NCBI GenBank assembly: GCA_046705025.1
Contig: JBJKQU010000049.1
Coordinates: forward strand, 17,073-81,072
DNA from: Candidatus Kryptoniota bacterium
Lineage (GTDB): Bacteria; Bacteroidota; Ignavibacteria; Kryptoniales; JAKASW01
Direction: 5' to 3'
Length of the DNA stretch: 64,000 bases
A program made the position numbers and the translations under genes. Below are positions 48,756 through 58,822 of the stretch, piece after piece; position 1 is the stretch's first letter; each line of letters opens with the position of its first letter. The notes under the pieces were generated by a model. It worked only from the letters and a program-made list of their open reading frames with translations. It was not told where the DNA came from and searched no databases.

Positions 48756-50339
48756 ATGAAGGATATGTATATAAGAACTGGAACCGCATCGCTCGATGCC
48801 CTCCTGCCGCGGATCAAAGGCTTCTTTGAGCTGAACAAGGTAGACTATAACGTGATGGGAAAGAAAACCCATGGCTACCGGGACCCTGACGCACCGAGTA
48901 TATGGCTCCGCGGAGTTGCAGATTCTCTCCGTGCCTACAAATTTTGGGAGAAGGATCTCAAGAGTATTGTCGAGATATTCGCGGACACTCAGACCGCGGC
49001 CGGGTGGCTGTACGACTACTTCACGATGACTCCCGAGAAGGTCCCTTGCGAGAGAGAGAACTGGGCGAAGTTCGTCCGCGTTCCAAATGAGGCCGACGTC
49101 GAATTCAGGTTTGTTAAGGCCGCGTTCCAGGTCTGGCAGGCCACCGGAGACGACGCATGGCTCAAGAAGATGCTCACGGTGATGGAGCGCGCGCTGCAGT
49201 ACATACTCCGCGATCCCTGGCGCTGGGACAAGAAGACAGGACTCGTGAAGCGGTCCTACACGATAGACACCTGGGACTTCGATTACACCGCGGGTCGTCA
49301 CGAGTGGCTGAACTTCCAGCTCAACGAGCACACTTTCTGGGGAATAATGCACGGAGATATTTCCGGTTACTACGAGGCCTTTCTACTCATGGGTGCTATG
49401 CACGCTCGTGCACGGAATCAGAGGAGGGCCGCGTACTGGAAATCCTTCGCATCAAAGTTCAGGCTGAAGGCTAACAAGATTTGTTTCAACGGCAGGTTCT
49501 ACACCCACCACGTGCCGCTAGTTCCGGTCAGGATAGAAGGAGTCGATGAGAGCGAGCAGCTCAGCCTGAGCAATCCGATGGATATCAACCGCGGCCTCCC
49601 GACGCACGAGATGGCAGTCTCTATTTTGAATGAGTACCGGTCCAGGGCGGCGAAGGGGAAGGCGTTTGCCGAATGGTTCAGCATCGATCCGGCCTTTCCG
49701 GCCGGGATTTTCGGTGATGAGAAGATTGTCGAGGGAGCGTACAGCAACGGTGGCATCATGCCGCTTGTCGGAGGAGAGCTTGCCAGGGCGGCCTTCGAAC
49801 ACGGCTTCGAAAAGTATGGCGTCGACATCCTTCTTAAATACGCGGAACTAACGGCGGGAGGTGAATCCTTCCTTTGGTATTTCCCGGACGGGACTCACGC
49901 GACCGTGGAAACCAGCACAAGCCCCGATGCTTCTCCCGGAGATACCTGGGGATCCTCGGCAATGCTCTACGCACTGGTCGAAGGGCTCGCGGGAGTCGTA
50001 GACACTGGTAGACTTTTCAGAGAGGTAAGGTTGAGCCCCCGGTGGGAAGCCGCGGGAACGGACGAGGCAGGTATTCGCTGCACCTATGAGGCTTCAGGTG
50101 GCTCCTTCGATTACTCGTACGCTCACGAGAGAGCTAAGAAGCGGATCGAACTCGACATATCAGGGAAGTCAAAAGTAGCTTTGCACCTTTTACTGCCACA
50201 GGGCGCCCGTGCGGAGTCAGTGAAACTCAACGGAAGGAGCATTCGATTCACTAACAGCAGGATTGAGAACAGTGCTTACGCGGATGCCGCGGTGAGCGTC
50301 GGAAGAAAAGCGGTTGTCCAGTTGGAGTACACTGACTAA
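48756..50339 (+). CDS. cytoplasmic six-hairpin (alpha/alpha)6 glycosidase-like protein with C-terminal beta-sandwich, family unassigned
   Basis: 527 aa with no signal peptide. A helix-repeat core (WLKKMLTVMERALQYIL, GELARAAFEHG, WGSSAMLYALVEGLAGV) is followed by a beta-rich tail. Confidence 0.7.
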   Translation: MKDMYIRTGTASLDALLPRIKGFFELNKVDYNVMGKKTHGYRDPDAPSIWLRGVADSLRAYKFWEKDLKSIVEIFADTQTAAGWLYDYFTMTPEKVPCERENWAKFVRVPNEADVEFRFVKAAFQVWQATGDDAWLKKMLTVMERALQYILRDPWRWDKKTGLVKRSYTIDTWDFDYTAGRHEWLNFQLNEHTFWGIMHGDISGYYEAFLLMGAMHARARNQRRAAYWKSFASKFRLKANKICFNGRFYTHHVPLVPVRIEGVDESEQLSLSNPMDINRGLPTHEMAVSILNEYRSRAAKGKAFAEWFSIDPAFPAGIFGDEKIVEGAYSNGGIMPLVGGELARAAFEHGFEKYGVDILLKYAELTAGGESFLWYFPDGTHATVETSTSPDASPGDTWGSSAMLYALVEGLAGVVDTGRLFREVRLSPRWEAAGTDEAGIRCTYEASGGSFDYSYAHERAKKRIELDISGKSKVALHLLLPQGARAESVKLNGRSIRFTNSRIENSAYADAAVSVGRKAVVQLEYTD

Positions 50340-50370
50340 TGATTGTGAAATCGATCCCGAGGTGGAAATC

Positions 50371-52641
50371 ATGAAAAGACGCGAATTTATGATGAAATCG
50401 GCGCTCGGCGCGATTGCCGTGAGCCAGATGAAAGCCAGATTCCCGGAATTTGTTTATAAGAATGCCGTTCCGAAAGAAGCGGAAGCCTCGCCTGCTGACC
50501 TGGAATCTTATTACTCTAACTGGGCGCATGAAGCCCCGTCCAACGAACGTCTGAATGCCGACTACATCTCCTTCCTCCCCGGAGTTGAATACTTTCTGAT
50601 GGGAAATGGAGAAATCCAGGGAGTGGTTCAGTATTGCAGAGACAATAAGGTCGCTCCGGGCAGCTCCTTCTTCGGATTTACGATTATGAGCGCCGAGCAC
50701 TTCACGCAGAAGTGGACCACCTTCCTGTACAGCGCGGGGCGCGGATTTGGCAACACTCTCGCTTCACTCGGAGTCGACGGGAATTTCTACAGTGTGTCAG
50801 CGAAGAACCTGAAGTCGGTGGGCTGGAAGTACATCGACGGGGTACCGGTAGTGAGCGTCGTCTGGAGCGAGAAGGGTTGTGAGATAGAAGAGCAGCTCTT
50901 CGTCCCGAGCGAAGGCCCGGTACTCTTCAGGCGCCTGCATGTGAAGAACCTCGACACTGCGAGTCATAAAACAGAACTGGGATTGTCACTTGTCCCGAAT
51001 ATCGGTCTGTTCGACACGGTCTACACGGACGCCAGGAACAGGACGGCAAACGCCGAAGGGTTCACCGCACTTCGGATGTTTTGCTACGAGAAGGACATCC
51101 AGGCTTTGGGGCGCTACACGATCAGGGCGGAGCGGGGAACGGTCGCGCCCGGCGCGGAGACACAGGCAACGTTCGCCTACTATATGAAGGGGGGCGAATC
51201 GCTTCTCCAGAAGAAAGACTTTGAGCTTCTCTGGTCGGAGACGGTGGACTACTGGAAGAAGAGGAACACCGTTTCGACGAATACCGCAAACGTTGACCGG
51301 GTCTGGAACCTTGCCAGGACAGGGCTGAAAGCGCATGTCGCAAAGAACGGGAAGAGAGACTCCGGAATCTGGGAATACGGTATGGAATGGGTGCGGGACG
51401 ATGTCATGGTTCTGACGGCGTTCCTGCAAAGCGGCTTTTTCCCGGAGGCGAAAGTTATTCTTGATCGCATGTTCTCAAAATTCGTGACAGACGACGGCAG
51501 GACCGTGGAGTCGAGCCAGGTGTTCCCGTTCGAGTTCACCGAGCTGGATCAGAACGGTGAGCTTCTTTACGCCGCGTGGGCATACATTTGCTGGACCGGC
51601 GATTACGCCACCGTTCGTAAGTATTGGAAGAAGATAGTCGCCCTTGCGGACCTTCCGCTGCGGCCGCTTTTCTGGCAAAAAGACTCGGGACTGCTCAGCA
51701 ACACGAGAGAATACTGGGAAAGGAACAACTCGTTCGGCGTGAAACCCGGTTACGAGCTCGCCTACCAGTTCTGGGTTATTCTTGGACTTGAAAAAGCTGC
51801 AGAGGTCGCGGCAAAGCTGGGACACAGCCGCCATGCGGCAAAGTGGGGGTCTGCATCGCGGAAGATAAAGGACAATTTCCTTCACAATCCGAGATTTGAG
51901 CTGGTCGAAGACGGCCATTTCATAAAGAGACGGACGCTCAACGGCGAATGGCAGAGGACAATGATACCCCCGAACAGGGACAGCATGCCTGCCGGGACGC
52001 CAATAGCGACGGAGAAGACGCCGCTGGCTGAGCCGGACACGAGCGAAGTGCTGCCGATCATGTACGAGATGATCGACCCGAAGAGTGAGCTTGCGATAAA
52101 GACTCTGGACTGGGTGGAGCCGCTCTGGAACGAGAGGTGGGATATCGGCGGCTACGAGCGGTATAACAGTTCGAGTGAGCCGGAGCCTCCCGGACCGTGG
52201 CCATTTCCGTCCATGTTTGTTGGAGAAGCATACTGGGAGGCGGGAAACTATGAGAAGGGACTTCGGGTGATAGACTGGCTCGCCGGCGTCAACGGCGGCC
52301 TGTCGGGCGGATGGTTCGAGTATTATCCGGAAGGTCACCCGACCGTTGGAATCGTAGGATGGAATTGGGCCGAAATCGCACACTTCGTGGTCGACCACCT
52401 TATGGGCGTCAGGCCGCAGCTTGACAAACTTGTAATCAGACCGCGGCTCGGTGCCGGACTGGACGCCGTCAAGTCGGAAGTGATTGTCAGAGGAATGAGG
52501 CTCAATTTGAGGTTCACGAGATCGGGCGAAAGCAGTACGGCTGCCGTTGACGGGAAGAACGTTGCTCTGAATGACGGACAGTTAGTTTTGCCCTATCGGC
52601 GAAGCGGCAAAATGACTATCGATATTAATATTAAAAAGTGA
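50371..52641 (+). CDS. twin-arginine-signal GH15-like (glucoamylase/trehalase-type alpha/alpha-barrel) glycoside hydrolase
   Basis: The ORF is open from 50314. The ATG at 50371 with a GAGGTGG RBS gives MKRREFMMKSALGAIAV (Tat RRxF motif). Blocks MEWVRDDVMV, ELDQNGELLYAAWAY and REYWERN resemble the GH15 W-x-RD, Q-x-D-G and WEE regions. Confidence 0.65.
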   Translation: MKRREFMMKSALGAIAVSQMKARFPEFVYKNAVPKEAEASPADLESYYSNWAHEAPSNERLNADYISFLPGVEYFLMGNGEIQGVVQYCRDNKVAPGSSFFGFTIMSAEHFTQKWTTFLYSAGRGFGNTLASLGVDGNFYSVSAKNLKSVGWKYIDGVPVVSVVWSEKGCEIEEQLFVPSEGPVLFRRLHVKNLDTASHKTELGLSLVPNIGLFDTVYTDARNRTANAEGFTALRMFCYEKDIQALGRYTIRAERGTVAPGAETQATFAYYMKGGESLLQKKDFELLWSETVDYWKKRNTVSTNTANVDRVWNLARTGLKAHVAKNGKRDSGIWEYGMEWVRDDVMVLTAFLQSGFFPEAKVILDRMFSKFVTDDGRTVESSQVFPFEFTELDQNGELLYAAWAYICWTGDYATVRKYWKKIVALADLPLRPLFWQKDSGLLSNTREYWERNNSFGVKPGYELAYQFWVILGLEKAAEVAAKLGHSRHAAKWGSASRKIKDNFLHNPRFELVEDGHFIKRRTLNGEWQRTMIPPNRDSMPAGTPIATEKTPLAEPDTSEVLPIMYEMIDPKSELAIKTLDWVEPLWNERWDIGGYERYNSSSEPEPPGPWPFPSMFVGEAYWEAGNYEKGLRVIDWLAGVNGGLSGGWFEYYPEGHPTVGIVGWNWAEIAHFVVDHLMGVRPQLDKLVIRPRLGAGLDAVKSEVIVRGMRLNLRFTRSGESSTAAVDGKNVALNDGQLVLPYRRSGKMTIDINIKK

Positions 52642-52680
52642 TAGAATAACGATAGCTTACACGAACAAGGAGGGAGTCCA

Positions 52681-53706
52681 ATGCGGTCAATAGATCGTGT
52701 CCGTAATGTAATTGCCGGAAAGCCGGTCGACCATCTGCCGGCGCAGCCGATGCTGATGATGTTTGCCTCGAAGTGGGCAGGGATCGAGTTCATCGACTAT
52801 ACGAAGAATGGACGGCTGATGGCCGAGGCGCAATTGAAGGTGGTCGAGGATTTCGGTCTGGACTGCCTGCTGACGTGCTCCGACCCTGCACGTGAAGTGA
52901 TCGACATAGCGGGAGATGGCTCGATCGACTGGTTTTCTGATCAGGGACCGGCCATAAATGAATCGCGCGCCGCACTGGCTGACAAATCGAGACTCAAGAC
53001 GTTCAAGGTGCCCGATCCTGTGGGCGGAGGAAGGATGCATGACCGTATCAAAGGGATCGAGATCATGTACCAGCATGTACGGGGAGAGGTATCGATAGTC
53101 GGGTGGATCGAAGGACCTCTGGCCCTGGCGGCCGAGCTGCGGGGTATAAACAACATAATGCTAGACCTCCTTGACGATCCTCCGTTCGTCGACGATCTCC
53201 TCGACTTCTGTGCAGAGGTCGCAATCCGCTACGCCACTCCACAGATAGAAGTCGGAGCCGACACTATCGGGATGAGCGACGCGGCCGCCAGCGTCATCGG
53301 CCCCAAGCTGTACGCCCGATTCCTCCAGCCCCGCCAGAAGCGGGTGCTTGCGGCTATCAAGCAGAAGCATCCCGACACAATAACGCGTCTGCACATGTGC
53401 GGCGACACCGACGTGCTTATCCCGAAGATGAAAGAGCTTCCGGCGGATATATTCGAGCTTGATTTTCCTGCCGACCTTGTCAAGGCCCGTGAAAATCTGG
53501 GTCCGGACAAGATTATCAGCGGGAATGTTTCGACCGTCTCCGAGCTGCTCGAGGGGACGCCCGAAAGTGTTTACGAGGCCGCCCGGCACTGCCATCAGGT
53601 CAGTGGAAAGATGCATATCGTCAACTCCGGATGTGAAGTGTCGCCTCTGACTCCCCCGGAGAATCTCAGGGCGCTTATGCGCTACGCCGAGGAGCATCAG
53701 CCGTGA
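52681..53706 (+). CDS. URO-D / MtaA-CmuA-family methyltransferase-like protein (copy 3, Zn triad present)
   Basis: 341 aa with AAGGAGGGAG RBS and N-terminal VIAGKPVDHLPAQP. LHMCGDT (H-x-C) and NSGCEVSPLTP are present. Confidence 0.85.
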   Translation: MRSIDRVRNVIAGKPVDHLPAQPMLMMFASKWAGIEFIDYTKNGRLMAEAQLKVVEDFGLDCLLTCSDPAREVIDIAGDGSIDWFSDQGPAINESRAALADKSRLKTFKVPDPVGGGRMHDRIKGIEIMYQHVRGEVSIVGWIEGPLALAAELRGINNIMLDLLDDPPFVDDLLDFCAEVAIRYATPQIEVGADTIGMSDAAASVIGPKLYARFLQPRQKRVLAAIKQKHPDTITRLHMCGDTDVLIPKMKELPADIFELDFPADLVKARENLGPDKIISGNVSTVSELLEGTPESVYEAARHCHQVSGKMHIVNSGCEVSPLTPPENLRALMRYAEEHQP

Positions 53707-53771
53707 TGCCCGCCGGCAGGGAGAGATTGGTTCAAAATGAGTATGCCACGTAAACCCAGGAAAGGGCGCGA

Positions 53772-55682
53772 ATGAAGTCCATTGACATTCTCGACTATGC
53801 AGTCATAGCCGCTTATTTCCTCTTCATGCTCGGTATCGGTTTCTACTTCAGTAAAGTCAACAAAGGGGCAAAGGAATACTTCGCGGGTGGGAGTATGATA
53901 CCGTGGTGGGTTTCCGGCATGACGCTTTACATGGCCAACTTCAGTGCGTGGACCTTTACCGGTGCCGCCGGTTTTGCGTACGGCACTGGCCTCTTTGCGA
54001 TTCTATACTTCGGGACGTGGTCCGTCTCATACTTTGTCGGGTCGCAGCTTACCGCGGCCAGGTGGCGGAGAACCCGCTCGATCTCTCCCGTGGAATACAC
54101 TTACACCCGGTTCAACGTAGTAACTCAGCAGTTCCTCGGCTGGGTCGTGTCGGCGAACTACGTCCTCGCAGCGGGTGTTCAGCTGGCCGCGACATGCGAG
54201 CTCCTCGCTCCGGTCATGCGGCTCAACATACTGATGGTTATCCTCGTCACCGGCGTCGTCATACTTCTTTACACCTTCATGGGAGGTCTCTGGGCCGTAT
54301 CGATAACAGATGTCATACAGGGTGTCATCCTGCTGAGCATCACATTTATAGTCATGCCGCTCAGTCTCGGGCTGGTCGGCGGATTCCAGCACCTGTGGAA
54401 CGCGCTTCCTTCGCTGAGCATGAGCCACGTGTACAACGGTCTCCACTATGATGGTAATTGGCTTATAGGCATTTTTGTCATCATGTCCCTCGGGACGGCG
54501 GCAGGGCAGGCGCAGCGGTTCTACAGCGTCAAGGACGAGAAAGACGCGAAACGGGTCGGCAGACTCGCGGGATTCCTGTTCCTGACTGTTCCGTTCGTGT
54601 TCGGAATACCTCCGCTGGTGGCGCGGGTAATCTGGCCGAACCTCGCCGCAATCCCGTTTTTCAAGCCGTACATCGGTCACAATCCGCAGGATCTCGTGTT
54701 CGTTGGCCTCTGTCTGAAGCTTCTGCCGAACGGACTCATAGGAGTCTTCCTCGCTGCAATGCTTGCGGCCACCATGAGCACGTTGAGCACCGTGTACAAT
54801 CTCGTGTCTTCAATTCTCGCACGCGATGTTTACCAGGGATTGATAAACACTTCAGCCACGGACCAGCAGCTGCTCAAGGTGGGACGATGGTCATCCATTT
54901 GGATAGGAGTCATCGTTATCGGCCTTGCCCTTTTGTTTGAAAGCAGCAAGCTGGGCATATTTAATATGATGCAGATTTTCTTCACCCTTCTCAACATCCC
55001 CGTGGTACTGCCGATAGCGGCCGGGCTCCTCCTTCGGAAAGCATCAAGATGGGCTGCGGTAGCCGTGGTCATATGGGGCCTCATCATCGGCGTCACAGCC
55101 CGTTACGTCCTGGGCTGGGAGATGGGATATCAGATTTACGCACAGACGATTTTGACATTCCTGATATTCATCGCTTCAAGCTGGCTCGGCAGTCTGTACA
55201 AGAGAAACAAGGGAGCGATTGTCGGGATCGGCGTTGGCCTGACTGTCGTCCTGTTTTACCTGGCGATGATATCGGCCGCACACCCGATGTCAGGCGCGTT
55301 GGTTACCATTACTGCAGTTGCCGTCGCGACATTGGGATTAAGCCTCATAATCTTCGCGAGACTGTTTTCTATGGAGACTGAAAAGCAGAAGCAGGTTCTG
55401 CAGGATTTCTTCAAGAAACTCGATACTCCAGTCGATGTCGCTAAGGAAGTCTTCGGCGCAGGAAAGAAACAGATATCGACGTTTCCGCTTGTCGGTGGAA
55501 CGACCATTGTCATGGGACTCCTGATGAGTCTGATATTTTTATCCGGAATTCCCGCGAATGAACGGCCTATACTCGGAGTGATGGTTGGGATTATGGTGAC
55601 ATTCGGCGTACTGATGTGGTACTTCGGCAAGAAGTCTGAAATTAGGGGCAACAGCTCCAAGATCGGGGAAGAGGGGAAATGA
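53772..55682 (+). CDS. sodium:solute symporter (SSF) family transporter
   Basis: 636 aa, polytopic. The N-terminal signature is YFLFMLGIGFYFSK...EYFAGGSMIPWWVSGMTLYMANFSAWTFTGAAG. Confidence 0.9.
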   Translation: MKSIDILDYAVIAAYFLFMLGIGFYFSKVNKGAKEYFAGGSMIPWWVSGMTLYMANFSAWTFTGAAGFAYGTGLFAILYFGTWSVSYFVGSQLTAARWRRTRSISPVEYTYTRFNVVTQQFLGWVVSANYVLAAGVQLAATCELLAPVMRLNILMVILVTGVVILLYTFMGGLWAVSITDVIQGVILLSITFIVMPLSLGLVGGFQHLWNALPSLSMSHVYNGLHYDGNWLIGIFVIMSLGTAAGQAQRFYSVKDEKDAKRVGRLAGFLFLTVPFVFGIPPLVARVIWPNLAAIPFFKPYIGHNPQDLVFVGLCLKLLPNGLIGVFLAAMLAATMSTLSTVYNLVSSILARDVYQGLINTSATDQQLLKVGRWSSIWIGVIVIGLALLFESSKLGIFNMMQIFFTLLNIPVVLPIAAGLLLRKASRWAAVAVVIWGLIIGVTARYVLGWEMGYQIYAQTILTFLIFIASSWLGSLYKRNKGAIVGIGVGLTVVLFYLAMISAAHPMSGALVTITAVAVATLGLSLIIFARLFSMETEKQKQVLQDFFKKLDTPVDVAKEVFGAGKKQISTFPLVGGTTIVMGLLMSLIFLSGIPANERPILGVMVGIMVTFGVLMWYFGKKSEIRGNSSKIGEEGK

Positions 55683-55731
55683 AGTTGAGCCCCTTAACTC
55701 TGTCAACAAATTGACCTAACGGGGAGATATC

Positions 55732-56634
55732 ATGAGACTTGCTCAATTTGAAGACGAAACAGGATACTTCATCGGCGTTTGGCTCAAAGGGCGATGGGTA
55801 AACTTCAGCGTCGGCATGAAAGTTTATAGTGAAGTGGCGGAGCGCGAGGACCCGGCGCTCGTCGGCACGATCCATCAGCTCCTTTCCGAAGACAAGTTCG
55901 ACATTTTCAGGTTCAAAAAGGTCGCGACCTTCATGCTTGTCCATAACCTGTTCCATTACCTGGAAGTCGGCAAGGAAGCGGCCCTGAAGGCACCTATCAT
56001 AAAACCGCCTAAAGTGCTGGCTCTCGGACGGAACTACGTCCTCCATGCGAAGGAGGCAAAGCTGCCGGTCCCGAAGGAACCGATTATATTTGCGAAACCC
56101 GGCTCCTGTGTCGTCGGACCCACCGATGCTGTCCGCATCCCGCGCGAATATGGAAGAGTGGACCACGAGGCCGAGCTGGCAGTGGTGATCAGCAAGCGGG
56201 CCAGGCGAGTGAAGAAAAGAGAGGCCTTTCAATACATAGCAGGTTACACCATTGCCCAGGACATTACCGCCAGAGACCTTCAGAATGCGGATTTAGCCAT
56301 AAGCAACCCGTGGTTTCGCTCCAAAGGTTTCGATACCTTCATGCCGATGGGGCCGTGGCTGGTGCTGAGAGACGAGATCACGCCCCCGGTCAACCTGACA
56401 ATCGAATGCAAGGTAAACGGCCGCTCACGCCAGAAGGCGAATACACGCGAGATGGTTTTCAACATACCGACGATCATGGAGTTTATAACGAAGCATATCA
56501 CCCTGGAACCAGGAGACGTGATATCGACCGGTACTCCGGAGGGGATAGGCGAGATCAAATCCGGCGACACCATCGCGACGCGAATCGACAAGATCGGCGA
56601 GATGAAGAACAAAGTACGTTATTCCGGCAGATGA
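55732..56634 (+). CDS. fumarylacetoacetate hydrolase (FAH) family hydrolase/hydratase
   Basis: 300 aa with blocks KVLALGRNY, PIIFAKP, VDHEAELAVVI, GYTIAQDITARD and KGFDTFMPMGPW. Confidence 0.9.
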   Translation: MRLAQFEDETGYFIGVWLKGRWVNFSVGMKVYSEVAEREDPALVGTIHQLLSEDKFDIFRFKKVATFMLVHNLFHYLEVGKEAALKAPIIKPPKVLALGRNYVLHAKEAKLPVPKEPIIFAKPGSCVVGPTDAVRIPREYGRVDHEAELAVVISKRARRVKKREAFQYIAGYTIAQDITARDLQNADLAISNPWFRSKGFDTFMPMGPWLVLRDEITPPVNLTIECKVNGRSRQKANTREMVFNIPTIMEFITKHITLEPGDVISTGTPEGIGEIKSGDTIATRIDKIGEMKNKVRYSGR

Positions 56635-57728
56635 AGATCGACCGCGTCGAAATCATTCACATCAGAATCCCGCTGCTGGAGCCGTTCAGGATAAGCAGCG
56701 GTGCCGTCTCCGACAAAGATGCGATAGTCGTCGTACTTCATGCCGACGGGGTGACCGGTTATGGGGAAGCGTCCCCGATGGCAGGTGCTTTCTATTCGGC
56801 TGACACGCCCGAATCTGTCTGGTCTCACCTTTCGGGAAAGCTCATTCCCGGTCTCATGAAGAAGAAACCGAGCTCCCTGGATGAGCTGGATGCGTGGCTG
56901 GAAAGAGCGGGCGGCAGCGCATTTGCCCGGGCGGGCGTCGAAACAGCCGCATGGGACCTGAATGCCAGGATGACCGGCAAGCCCATTCCTGCTCTCCTCG
57001 GCGGCGGCAGGACCAATGTAGAGTCCGGTTTGGCTGTCGGTATATACCCGTCCGTCGATATGCTTCTTGAAAGGATTGGAAGTTATCTCAAGGAAGGTTA
57101 CAGGAGAGTCAAGATCAAGATTCAGAAGGGATGGGACGTAGAGCCTCTGCGAGCGGTCAGGAAATCTTTCGGCGAAATCCTGCTCATGGTAGATGCAAAT
57201 TGCGCCTACGACCGGACCGACGTTGAGCACCTGAAGAAGCTGGACGAATTCGGTTTGATGATGATTGAGCAGCCTCTCAAGAAGGAAGATTTGGAAGGAC
57301 ACGCTGTTCTTCAGAAGTCACTTGATACTCCGGTCTGCCTGGATGAATCGGCCGTTGACCCTGCCAGCGTCAGGAAGGCCATCGAGCTTGGCAGCTGCAG
57401 GATTGTCAATATCAAGCTTCAGCGGGTCGGCGGTTTCGCAAATGCGAAGATCATACATGACCTATGTACAGCTGCAGGAATCAGGCTTTGGGCAGGCACG
57501 ATGCCTGAGCTTGGGATAGGCGGAATTCACGCGCTGCATATGTCGAGCCTGCCGGGCTTCTCGTATCCGACGGATGTGGAATCGTCTTCACGATGGTTCG
57601 TGGACGACATAGTGGTACCGAGGCTCGAGGTGCGCGACGGAATGTTCGCCATCTCGGATTATGCTTCTTATGAGATTGACAGTGGAGCTATTCAGAAATA
57701 CAAAGTGAAAGAACTTATATTTTCATGA
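56631..57728 (+). CDS. enolase-superfamily enzyme, MLE subgroup (OSBS / N-acylamino-acid racemase / dipeptide epimerase-like)
   Basis: The true start is taken as the ATG at 56631, which overlaps the FAH stop (ATGA). The upstream 107 codons of the track ORF are R/D-rich out-of-context sequence. Blocks: GYGEASP, the K-x-K motif (RVKIKI), MVDANCAY, IEQPL, LDES and NIKLQRVGG. Confidence 0.88.
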   Translation: MKIDRVEIIHIRIPLLEPFRISSGAVSDKDAIVVVLHADGVTGYGEASPMAGAFYSADTPESVWSHLSGKLIPGLMKKKPSSLDELDAWLERAGGSAFARAGVETAAWDLNARMTGKPIPALLGGGRTNVESGLAVGIYPSVDMLLERIGSYLKEGYRRVKIKIQKGWDVEPLRAVRKSFGEILLMVDANCAYDRTDVEHLKKLDEFGLMMIEQPLKKEDLEGHAVLQKSLDTPVCLDESAVDPASVRKAIELGSCRIVNIKLQRVGGFANAKIIHDLCTAAGIRLWAGTMPELGIGGIHALHMSSLPGFSYPTDVESSSRWFVDDIVVPRLEVRDGMFAISDYASYEIDSGAIQKYKVKELIFS

Positions 57729-57796
57729 ACCGCAGCAGTATAACGCATTTGATCCGAGGGCTCTTGCCGCAGTCAGCTGGAGGCTATTGCCGCTGA

Positions 57797-58822
57797 ATGA
57801 AGTCGCCAAGTAATAATTCGAACATCCGGATCTCTTTCACGGGACTGGAATTGAAGACCCCGTTGATAGTCGCTTCGGGGCCGGCAACTCACGATGTCAG
57901 GCAGATCGCACTTGCAGAAGAAAAAGGGTTCGGCGGAGTGGTACTTAAAACCGTCTGTTCTGAAAAATATGAGCACATGAGGAATTGGCCGCGTCCGCGG
58001 TACAAGCTGCTGGACTGGGACAGGCAGATAGACGGCAGGTCGAAACAGTTCACGCTCTACTCCTACGAACAGGGTTACAGCGGTACACTGGAGGCATACT
58101 GGAATTTCATCAGTGAATGCAAGTCGAGGGTGAACATTCCCATTATCGGGAGCGCGTTCGCCGACGTGAGCCAGGATTGGGTGGATTTGGCCAAACATAT
58201 TGAAGAGAGCGGGGCCGACGCCGTGGAGCTTGACATTTCTTCTCCTCACAGGCCCGGCAGCCTGGGATACGAGACGACATTTGTCGATGCAATTAGGTCG
58301 GTGGCAGAAGGTGTGAGAATACCGGTCTGGGTGAAACTGGCCCCGGGATCTGATGTAGTAGGTCAGAGCATCGCGGCGGAACAGTGCGGCGCCGCGGCAG
58401 TTACATTGTGCAACCGGATGAGAGGGCTCGATGTCGACGTCGAAAGCCAGCGTCTCATTTTGCACGGGTACTACGCGGGTGTCGGCGGGCCCTGGGCGAA
58501 GTATTATAATTTTCTCAACGTGGCCGAAGCGGCCAGGGTCCTAAAGATTCCTATCAGTGCTACCGGTGGAGTGATGACCGCGCAGGACGTCATCGCTTAT
58601 GTCCTGCTGGGCGCGAGCACCGTGCAAATACTCTCCGCCATAATGGTTAACGGCTGGAATGTCGTCGAGGAGATAAACGCCGGCATAGCCTCTTACCTTG
58701 AAAGGAAGAAAGCGAGCTCTCTGGAAGAAATCAGAGGAAAAGCACTGCAAAACATCGTACGCCCCGACGAGATCGTGAGATGGAGCGGGGAGCCGAAATC
58801 AGGACCGCGTAATGAGTGGTAG
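57797..58822 (+). CDS. dihydroorotate/dihydropyrimidine dehydrogenase-like FMN TIM-barrel protein (PreA-like, catalytic-domain only)
   Basis: 341 aa with blocks LKTPLIVASGP, GFGGVVLKTV, VELDISSPH (Ser where DPD/class-1 DHOD have Cys), VWVKLAP and ISATGGV. Confidence 0.8.
   Translation: MKSPSNNSNIRISFTGLELKTPLIVASGPATHDVRQIALAEEKGFGGVVLKTVCSEKYEHMRNWPRPRYKLLDWDRQIDGRSKQFTLYSYEQGYSGTLEAYWNFISECKSRVNIPIIGSAFADVSQDWVDLAKHIEESGADAVELDISSPHRPGSLGYETTFVDAIRSVAEGVRIPVWVKLAPGSDVVGQSIAAEQCGAAAVTLCNRMRGLDVDVESQRLILHGYYAGVGGPWAKYYNFLNVAEAARVLKIPISATGGVMTAQDVIAYVLLGASTVQILSAIMVNGWNVVEEINAGIASYLERKKASSLEEIRGKALQNIVRPDEIVRWSGEPKSGPRNEW

Noticed and set aside
48396-49352. 318-aa minus-strand ORF; similar long antisense ORFs at 40007..41326, 45540..47261, 47641..48351, 51475..52398, 55642..56232, 57773..58465, 58904..59620 and 60799..62042
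   Set aside because: Each is fully covered by a plus-strand gene with recognisable motifs or a paralogue. They are treated as frame shadows.
56310-56630. 107-codon N-terminal extension of the enolase-superfamily ORF in the track (also the 50314 and 42019 extensions)
   Set aside because: The extensions overlap the upstream genes in another frame and are compositionally odd (R/D/H-rich). Internal ATGs with RBS or ATGA coupling give family-typical N-termini.
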